Of a stretch of 64,000 nucleotides of DNA, positions 29,850-39,000 are shown piece after piece. The notes beneath the pieces were generated by a model. That model did not search any database and was not told the origin of the DNA. It saw only the letters and a list, made by a program, of their open reading frames with translations. The stretch spans positions 124,001-188,000 of the IMG/VR virus record IMGVR_UViG_3300045999_010033. One strand, written 5' to 3'. Positions within the stretch are counted from its first letter, which is position 1. Each line of letters starts with the position of its first letter. Position numbers and translations under genes: made by a program.

Positions 29850-30571
29850 AATCCAAATCTTGTTTTTTGTGCATTGTAATTTTGTAAAACTTCTGCAGCA
29901 GTTAATCCTTTTCCCTTATAAACCGATACGTTCGCAATCCATCCATTATTTGCTTCGGTGGCGTTATCACCATCTATTCCAATATTTAAGTTTCCAAGAG
30001 TTTGCCCCCAACTTCCAGAATCTGTAGCCGTTCCTAAACTAACACCATTAGCATATAGTGTTACGGTTGTACCTATCCTTGATACCGCAAAATTTATCCA
30101 AGTATCAGTAGGTAATCCCGTTGATGTGTTAAAGAAAAGCCATCCTGCACCGTATCCTACCCGATAAACATATATGCTGCTTGTACCTGTATTATTTGTA
30201 CTACCATCTGCTACCTGCCATTGTCCGGTTACCTCTGTGGCTCCAGTATAATAATCACCAATTATGTTGCCCGAAAATATTCCTGTATTAGGTCTTCTAA
30301 ACCATCCGGTTATAGTAAAGTTTCCAGTACCTAATTGATTTATTCCGGTTCCAATTCCTACATTAACGTAATCGTTGCTTCCATCAAACGCTATATATCC
30401 TCCAAAATTTGAATTGTAGGTTGGCCCATTTGTTAATGTTCCGTTGTATCCATTTCCGCTTATATCTCGCCAAGTAGTACCGGCACCCGCATAAGAATTT
30501 CTATCTGCCGCGTTTAACATGAAAACCAATCCATCAGTTACTACTCTTCCTGTTGCGTATTCTACTGCCAT
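29846..30571 (-). CDS. LamG-like lectin-fold protein (paralogue 4)
   Basis: VVTDGLVFMLNAADRNSY...LTAAEVLQNYNAQKTRFGL. Confidence 0.85.
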   Translation of the reverse strand: MAVEYATGRVVTDGLVFMLNAADRNSYAGAGTTWRDISGNGYNGTLTNGPTYNSNFGGYIAFDGSNDYVNVGIGTGINQLGTGNFTITGWFRRPNTGIFSGNIIGDYYTGATEVTGQWQVADGSTNNTGTSSIYVYRVGYGAGWLFFNTSTGLPTDTWINFAVSRIGTTVTLYANGVSLGTATDSGSWGQTLGNLNIGIDGDNATEANNGWIANVSVYKGKGLTAAEVLQNYNAQKTRFGL

Positions 30572-30602
30572 TTTTTGATAACTCCTTTTAATTTGTTATA
30601 GA

Positions 30603-30610
30603 TATAAATA
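30603..30610 (-). promoter_or_regulatory. TATTTATA putative late promoter (within the LamG array)
   Basis: Exact motif in a 42-nt gap. Confidence 0.55.
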
Positions 30611-30613
30611 TTT

Positions 30614-31324
30614 TTATAGTCCAAAACGTGATTTTTGCGCGTTGTAGTTTTGCAGAATTTCTGAATCGGATAATTCACGATTATAGCATTTAACTATTGA
30701 TATATCCGTATTCGTTGCGTATGCTTGAGGTGGTCCACCGGATGGAATGCCTCCTATATAAAAAGTATCCCCATATCCAAAAAAATCGTATGATGATTTA
30801 TTAAATGTACTTGTTGTTATATACTGTCCATTTGAATACGATTTAATAACACCATTTGAATTATATGTCATAACACTGTGATATATTGTATTGGTTACCA
30901 TCGTAACTACACCATAGTGAACCGCACCAACCCAACATTCATTTGTTTTAATTGCATGGTAAATACCATTATTTGAATATAAATAAATTCCACCATGACA
31001 ACCTGCCCTACCTATAACGATAGACTCATCTGATGATGGTATTGATATATATTTGAAAAATGTTTCTATTGTCCAACTTGTTGAGTCAGTTTTTAACACA
31101 CCCTCATTAAATGTGCACACAGCATGGCCAGATGTTGATGATGCTGCTCTAAATTGTATTGCACCATTTGAAAAAGTTGGTGAATTTATCAATGTTGCGT
31201 TATACCCTTTACCACTTAAATCATTCCAAATAGTGCCAGTACCTGAGTAACTATCTTTATTTCCCGCATCTAAGTATAATACTAATCCATCATTGATAAT
31301 ATTTGGTCCACTATTCCCTGCCAT
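30614..31324 (-). CDS. LamG-like lectin-fold protein (paralogue 3)
   Basis: IINDGLVLYLDAGNKDSY...YNRELSDSEILQNYNAQKSRFGL. Confidence 0.85.
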   Translation of the reverse strand: MAGNSGPNIINDGLVLYLDAGNKDSYSGTGTIWNDLSGKGYNATLINSPTFSNGAIQFRAASSTSGHAVCTFNEGVLKTDSTSWTIETFFKYISIPSSDESIVIGRAGCHGGIYLYSNNGIYHAIKTNECWVGAVHYGVVTMVTNTIYHSVMTYNSNGVIKSYSNGQYITTSTFNKSSYDFFGYGDTFYIGGIPSGGPPQAYATNTDISIVKCYNRELSDSEILQNYNAQKSRFGL

Positions 31325-31325
31325 A

Positions 31326-32030
31326 TCATAATAAATTAAAACGTGATTTTAGGGCATTGTAGTTTTGTAAAACTTCAGTTGCCGAAATTGCTCTATTATA
31401 TATTCTTACTACGCTTATATCGCCGGGGAAAAAATTAATACTATTGGTCGCAGATTCATCCCATCTTCGACCTATTCTAATTTCTCCACCCGATTGGGAT
31501 GTACCTGTATATGATAATTGTGTGTTTAATATTCCATTGTTATATTGTATAACTGTTGCACCATTGTATGTTCCAACAACGTGATACCACACATTCAAAG
31601 ATGGTGCAAACCCATCAGTATTTCTCCAAGCACCATTAAAAAACCCAACACAAATATTATACGAGGATGCGGCTCTATTTGTACCGATACTAAAATTTAA
31701 ATTAGATACTAAATCGTATTGCCCGCCCACAACCATTGTAACTTGACCAGTCAAAGATCCAGTAACTCTAAAAAACGCCTCAATACTCCAATTAGATAAA
31801 CTACCGGGATTAGTTGCGGTTGCGTATTCATATACGGTTTTATCAAAGTTAAAATAACCTGCATTTGCGGTATTATATGTTGGTGTATTGAATAGTGTTG
31901 CATTATTTTTACTTACACTTAAATCCGTCCAAGTTGCCCCAGTTCCGATATAACTTTTTTTGTTGGCAGTATCCAAATGCAATATCAATCCACTATTTAC
32001 AATATCCGGTCCGCCGTTTGTTGTACTCAT
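31326..32030 (-). CDS. LamG-like lectin-fold protein (paralogue 2)
   Basis: IVNSGLILHLDTANKKSY...WYHVVGTY...IYNRAISATEVLQNYNALKSRF. Confidence 0.85.
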   Translation of the reverse strand: MSTTNGGPDIVNSGLILHLDTANKKSYIGTGATWTDLSVSKNNATLFNTPTYNTANAGYFNFDKTVYEYATATNPGSLSNWSIEAFFRVTGSLTGQVTMVVGGQYDLVSNLNFSIGTNRAASSYNICVGFFNGAWRNTDGFAPSLNVWYHVVGTYNGATVIQYNNGILNTQLSYTGTSQSGGEIRIGRRWDESATNSINFFPGDISVVRIYNRAISATEVLQNYNALKSRFNLL

Positions 32031-32284
32031 GCTCCAGGCATTTGTAGTTCATGCGTCCATTCAGTTCCTGCAAGTATTTCAATCATTTCGGAATAAGTAT
32101 ACGGACCTTCTTTGGTCGTTAATTGAGATACACACATTGGTTCAACTCCGTCCCATTTGATAAAAGTTTTAGTTTCATCTACCGATTTTTTTACTGTCTC
32201 TACTGAAGTTTCAAGAACTTGAGAAAAATCTATTTTATGTAATTCTGATACATTAAAGATTATAAAATTTCTATTTTCGTACAT
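32027..32284 (-). CDS. small conserved protein (85 aa), paralogue of 24084..24335
   Basis: Aligns with 24084..24335; ATGA overlap with the next gene. Confidence 0.75.
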   Translation of the reverse strand: MYENRNFIIFNVSELHKIDFSQVLETSVETVKKSVDETKTFIKWDGVEPMCVSQLTTKEGPYTYSEMIEILAGTEWTHELQMPGA

Positions 32285-32304
32285 AGTTTTCGTTTTTATT
32301 TTAA

Positions 32305-33018
32305 TTAAATTCCAAATCTTGATTTTATGGCATTATAATTTTGTAATGCTTCTGTTGATGTTAATACTCTATTATATACCTTAGCCAAATAAATATTACC
32401 CGTAAATAACTCTCCAACTGGTGATGAACCAAATCCGGCACCAATTAATAATGGTTGCGTACCATATGTTATTGCTGTCCCTGTTGATGTACTGCTATTA
32501 ACAACATTACTCCCATTCAAGTAAAAAAAACACGCTCCTGTTGTTAAATTATATGTAACAATAATATGATATATTGTATTTGTTTGATAACTGAATGTAT
32601 GATTAACAAAACTATATGTGGAATCTCTATTAAATCCAAATTGTAACTCATTTGTTTGTACTCTCAACATATATGATAAAAATGGTGATGACCAAGGAGC
32701 ATTACTTGCGGGTTTACAAATTATAGTATTATATACGCCTTTTGTTGTCATTTTAAAACATGCTTCCAATGTTAATGTGGTTGCAGGTCTTAAACTTGTA
32801 CTATCAGATATTGACACGTAATCATTAGTACCATCAAAGACAATAGAACCCATATTATCATTCGTAAATGATGGTGAATTAACTAAAGTACCATTATTAT
32901 TTTGCTTACTTAAATCAATTAAAGATGTTCCACTGCCAATATAAGATTTTTTATTAGCACCATCATAATAAAATTGCAAGCCATCGGTTATTGTTTTTGG
33001 TGAATAATTAAATGCCAT
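32305..33018 (-). CDS. LamG-like lectin-fold protein (paralogue 1)
   Basis: ITDGLQFYYDGANKKSY...YHIIVTY...VYNRVLTSTEALQNYNAIKSRFGI. Confidence 0.85.
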   Translation of the reverse strand: MAFNYSPKTITDGLQFYYDGANKKSYIGSGTSLIDLSKQNNNGTLVNSPSFTNDNMGSIVFDGTNDYVSISDSTSLRPATTLTLEACFKMTTKGVYNTIICKPASNAPWSSPFLSYMLRVQTNELQFGFNRDSTYSFVNHTFSYQTNTIYHIIVTYNLTTGACFFYLNGSNVVNSSTSTGTAITYGTQPLLIGAGFGSSPVGELFTGNIYLAKVYNRVLTSTEALQNYNAIKSRFGI

Positions 33019-33019
33019 A

Positions 33020-36000
33020 TTATATTGTTCTAATTATGAATTTGCCAGTCCAAGTTCCTGCTGATGCAGAACCTGTCATTACCATATTTGACCCGGATAT
33101 TATTGATGTAAAGGCTACGCCTGATGTGTTTCCAAAATCAACCGTAGATACATCACTAACAACAGTTGATGCCCCAGACCACATCGCTATAAATTGTCCC
33201 ATTCTTGCATTAGAACCACTCCTAATTGTGTATTCAACAAACATTCCATCGTAAGAACCGGTACTCATACTATAAATTGTAGTTGAACCTGTTATAGATA
33301 CACGCTTAGTTGTATTCAATACGGGTGCAATACTATCTCCCATCAATACCGTATCATCCGAAAATACTTCCAATATCGGAAGACCCGAAATATCATTCAC
33401 AGAGAATAGTGAACCCGAAAGGTTATCAGTAACTGAAAATAGTTCACCTTGGCTGCCTAATACACTAAATATAGATTGAGAAGAACCTGAACCATGTATG
33501 ATTGCACGTTGTACTCCGGAGCCGGATACTAATAGTGTGGATGATGTAAGTGATGTTGCAATTACGCTACCCGTTACATTTAATACACTACCATTAAAAT
33601 TAAGATTTGCTTCCGCAACTGCACTATTTACACTACCATCCGATGTTAATACTCTATTATCTGCAGGTGTCGCTATTGTGGTAAATCCGGTACCACTTGT
33701 TCCTGCAGTTCCGCTGCTTCCTGCTGTCCCGCTGCTGCCACTACTGCCGGTTGAACCGCTACTTCCACTGCTTCCTGCTGTCCCGCTGCTGCCACTACTG
33801 CCGGTTGAACCGCTACTTCCACTGCTTCCTGCTGTCCCGCTGCTGCCACTACTGCCGGTTGAACCACTACTTCCACTGCTTCCTGCCGTGCCGCTGCTGC
33901 CACTACTTCCAGCGGTTCCGCTACTGCCGCTGCTACCGGTTGAACCACTACTGCCCGCACTACCACTGCTTCCTGCAGTTCCGCTGCTTCCGCTACTACC
34001 GCTTGTTCCCGAAGAACCTGCTGTCAATAGATTTGTTCCTACACCTGCTGCTGCTTCTGTTAAATCTATATATGCACCCCTTGCTGCACCTCCTTGTTCA
34101 AAAAATCTTAATTTATTTTGATAAGAATCGATAGTTATACCACTACCAGTGAGTGAGTTATTAGTAGCTGATTTATTTAGTAATATTTCACCACCCTCGT
34201 CACCCGATTGATATAATATACTTAATTTAGTACCATCAAATGTTAAAAGTGATTCTGCGTTCGCTTCCCCTTGAGTTCCCGTTGCGGTTAATATTCTATC
34301 ATTAGCATTGTTTAATATGTTTGCAACACCACTCGTACCGCTGCTTCCGCTGCTTCCTGCAGTTCCGCTGCTGCCACTACTGCCGGTTGAACCGCTACTT
34401 CCACTGCTTCCTGCAGTTCCGCTGCTGCCACTACTGCCGGTTGAACCGCTACTTCCACTGCTTCCTGCAGTTCCGCTGCTGCCACTACTGCCACTGCTTC
34501 CTGCTGTCCCGCTGCTGCCACTGCTGCCGGTTGAACCGCTACTTCCACTGCTTCCTGCAGTTCCGCTGCTGCCGCTACTGCCGGTTGAACCACTGCTTCC
34601 GCTACTTCCACTGCTTCCTGCCGTCCCCGATGTGCCCGAAGTTGCTGCAGTATAAGATGTACCGTTTATTATCAGTGAACCGGATATACTAACAGAGCCG
34701 GTAAATTGATGTGTATTTGATACCAATGTTCCGAATTGTGTGGAACCGGTAATCAATTCGGTCGAAGAAGTAATAATTTGCGAAACTATTCTTTGTGCAA
34801 CTAATGTATCTCTTACCGTAAAGTTATCCGCAGAAGATGCGGTTAGCGCCAGTACCGCGAGTGATGCGGTTTGTGCAAATGATGCGGATGTGGCATTAAG
34901 TGGTGTACCATTTATCCAAACCCCACCATTGTAAACTAATGCCTGTCCATTTGTAGGAGTTGTAATATTTACATCCGATAAATCATCCAGAGTTTGTGTT
35001 ATATTTGTAGCAGCTGAAGACCCACCCGATGTATTTCTAAAAGAACCCGCTTGTATAAAAATTGCTTGTGATGTATTTGTTAAATCACTAGCATTTCCCT
35101 GAACTAATAGGTATCCCGCAAAAATTAATGATTTAGCGGTAAACTCACCTTCTACAAAACTATCAGAAAGTAACGCAGATAAAGCGTTTGCTATTGATGT
35201 ATATGAATTATGTCCGTAGTATATTACTGCACGCTTAGATTCGGGACTATAAAATATTCTTTGAATAGTAACGTTAGGACCAGATACACTTGATAATCCA
35301 TTTCCGTTATCATATTTTGTAGGATCCACTACGGTGTAATAGTTGCCATTATTACTGTCCAAATATATTCCAGATCCAGTTCTATACGCCCTAGCCATAG
35401 ATGCAGTAAGAGCAGGTGTAGCAGTATAATGTGATGGACTATTAGGATTTTGTGAATAATATCCACCTAAAAAGAATCCCGTACCATCTCCTATATTGAT
35501 TCTTAGCGAACCACTTTGGCCCGATGGTGTGAATCCATTTACTTTTATCGGTCCGAATGACCTAATAAAATCATTTTGTTGTGTATCACTATTATATGTA
35601 GTTTGTACACTACTTGCGTATCCTGTTATACTTGAATAGTTTGGATGTGTAACTAATCCAAGAGGTATTGCCTCCTCGTATTGAGTTTCATCAAAATAAG
35701 AAGTTTGTTGGAAGATTACTCCTGTCCCATCAACGTATAAATAAGTCGTTTGTGATGAAGTTATGTATTGTGCAGATGCAGTATAATCATTCCAATTAAC
35801 GTAAGTAATAATAGGATTGATTTCCGACCCGCTGGTGGCATTCATATTATTAATGATACCACTACCTTTTTTAACATATATTACACTGCCACTAAAAGAA
35901 ATACCTCCACCATATAATATTCCCGAACTTAATCCACCTTCTAACCATTTGAATTTGGTTAAGTTACCATTTTGACGATAATATAAATCATATCCGGTAG

Positions 36001-39000
36001 CTGTGTTAGAAGCAGATGTAAATAAGTACGATGCAGTTATGTTATTGGGTCCTGGATCTTGACCTGGATCTAATCTTAAATGTCCTTGTAATGTAAAGTT
36101 AGCAGTTGCATTTAATGATCCAGATACATTAACACTACCCGATAGTACACTTATTCCTATTAAGGTATTAGACCCACTTGTTATTAAACTACCGGTAACT
36201 ATTTGGTTTCCTACACTAACTGATGTTCCTATAAATGTCTGAGACCCCGATACGTTTATGCTGCCGGTTATGGTTTGCGTTCCTATAATCGTACTTGAAC
36301 CCGTCAATCCATAAGAACCCGTTAATTGTTTAGAGTTTATCCAAACACTACCACTTCTAACTAAAAGGTCTCCCGATGTTATTCCATTAATTTTAACATC
36401 ATGCAGTTCATCTAATTCGTAACCATTATCTATTTTTACATATATCGAACCAACAGTCGCACTTACTCTTTCTACATATCCTAGTCTAACGGAATGTAGT
36501 GGCGCTTGTGGTGTGGTTTGTGTGTATTGTCCTGCCGAACTACTTAAATATACAAGTCCGCCGGCAGTTAATCCTAATGTGTTTAATTCATTGAGTGGAC
36601 CTTCGGTTTGTACGAATCCCTCCTCTCCCGAAAGTATTTGTTCTGCTACAAATCCTAATGTATTTGCCGAACCCAATTCAGCTGTCGCAGACGCACGTTT
36701 TACTGAAACACGATTTCCTTGTGAACCAAAAATATAAACTACAGTTCCTTTTGTTAATGTTGTCGCTTCTGCGTTAAATGCACGTATGAATAATTCTTCA
36801 CCAATTGCCAAGTTTACATTTCCACCTTTCAGTCCGAGATTCAATGTTCCGTATCCATCATCCCACCCCAATCTACCTTCTGCCTTTGGTTGGTCAGAAC
36901 CGGTAACAAAATTAATTACACTTGCGTTATTAATTGAGCCTGATATTTGAAGATTTTCAGAATACGATGCGGACACCGCTCGTAATGCCCAACTTGCAGT
37001 ACCATATAATGAGCTTGTAATATTTGTCGCATTTATAGACCCGGTTACATTTAAAACCGAACCATCAAATGTTAAGTTAGCTTCGGCATTAGCACTATTT
37101 GCACTACCATCCGATGTTAGTATTCGATTATCTAAAGGATTTGATATTGTATTAAATCCTGTACCGCTGGTGCCTGCACTTCCACTACTTCCTGCAGTTC
37201 CGCTGCTTCCTGCTGTCCCACTGCTTCCGCTGCTTCCACTGCTTCCTGCCGTTCCGCTGCTCCCTGCTGTCCCACTGCTTCCACTGCTTCCTGCCGTTCC
37301 GCTGCTTCCGCTGCTTCCATCGGTTCCGCTACTTCCACTGCTTCCTGCCGTTCCGCTGCTTCCGCTGCTTCCATCGGTTCCGCTACTTCCACTGCTTCCT
37401 GCCGTTCCACTGCTTCCGCTGCTTCCATCGGTTCCGCTGCTTCCACTGCTTCCACTGCTTCCATCGGTTCCGCTACTTCCACTGCTTCCTGCAGTTCCGC
37501 TGCTTCCACTGCTTCCTGCCGTTCCGCTGCTTCCGCTGCTTCCATCGGTTCCGCTGCTCCCTGCTGTTCCGCTGCTTCCACTGCTTCCTGCAGTTCCGCT
37601 ACTCCCTGCTGTCCCACTGCTTCCGCTGCTTCCGCTACTTCCATCGGTTCCGCTGCTTCCACTGCTTCCTGCCGTTCCGCTGCTCCCTGCTGTCCCACTG
37701 CTTCCGCTACTTCCATCGGTTCCGCTGCTTCCACTGCTTCCTGCCGTTCCGCTGCTTCCGCTGCTCCCTGCAGTTCCGCTGCTGCCGGTTGCTCCTACTG
37801 CTGCTATCCATTGAGTTCCATCCCAACGATATATGTCGGTATCGGATGTATTATAATATAAAGAGCCACTTTTGAATGAACCGGTCGGACTTGAACTATA
37901 ATTGGGTAATTTAAATTGCGTTTCTGCATCAATAGCAGATGCTGTCAAACTTCCTGAAAGTGAAAGTGAGCTTGTAAATATTATTGTATTTACATTTACA
38001 GAAAATTCAGCTCCACCCGATATAGATACTGATCCGGTAAATTGATGTAAATCACTCCCACTTACTCCGAATTTAGATGAACCCGTAACAAAACTGATAG
38101 ATGATGTAATAGTTTGGACATGTATTCTTTGAGCAACTATTGTATCACTAACATTTATCGAACCGGTTACCACTAATGTATTACCATCAAATGTTAAATT
38201 GGATTCGGCAACCGCAGTATTGGTAGTTCCATCCGATGTAAGTATTCTATTATTTGCTGGATTTGAAATTGTATTAAATCCTGTCCCACTCGTACCACTA
38301 CTTCCGCTGCTTCCGCTGCTTCCACTACTTCCTGCAGTTCCGCTGCTCCCTGCTGTCCCACTGCTTCCGCTGCTTCCATCGGTTCCGCTGCTTCCACTAC
38401 TTCCTGCAGTTCCGCTGCTTCCACTACTTCCTGCAGTTCCGCTGCTCCCTGCTGTCCCACTGCTTCCGCTGCTTCCTGCAGTTCCACTGCTTCCTGCAGT
38501 TCCGCTGCTTCCGCTGCTTCCTGCAGTTCCGCTGCTTCCTGCAGTTCCGCTGCTTCCTGCAGTTCCTGCCGCTGCTATCCATTGAGTTCCATTCCAACGA
38601 TATATGTTTGTATCACCTATATTATAATATAATGAACCGGTGCTAAATGATCCCGATGGGTTAGAGTTGTAAGTTGGTAAAGTAAATCCGGTTGCAGCAC
38701 CAATATAAGATGATGTGAAACTTCCACTAATTAACATTGAACCGGTAAAGGAAATACTATCAATATTTGCAGTGAACACATTCCCAACACTACCCGATAT
38801 ATTTATCGAACCAGTTACTTCGAGTCCTCCACTAATTTGAGTATTCGTGTTTACTTTGAATCCATATGCAGGGTCTACCGAGGCAGTAACACTGCCTGAT
38901 GATATTCTTGAAAGGTTTAATCCTACTACACTTGATGCGGATATGTTTGTTATTCCTGCACCATTTCCTATAAATGAACCAGAGAATGAACCACTAAATA

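Noticed and set aside
24340-33018. Diversity-generating retroelement acting on the LamG or fibre genes
   Set aside because: No reverse transcriptase and no template/variable repeat pair differing only at adenines was seen in this window.
13790-38570. Tandem repeats as a CRISPR array or origin iterons
   Set aside because: No constant repeat with unique spacers; 9-nt periodicity within coding frames.
13424-38585. Long plus-strand ORFs rich in PLLP/VPLL and alternative-frame ORFs rich in EVAEAA or Cys/Arg/Tyr/His
   Set aside because: Shadows of the GGN-AGY-AGY repeats, whose other frames are largely stop-free; they begin and end with the repeat blocks and lack promoters.
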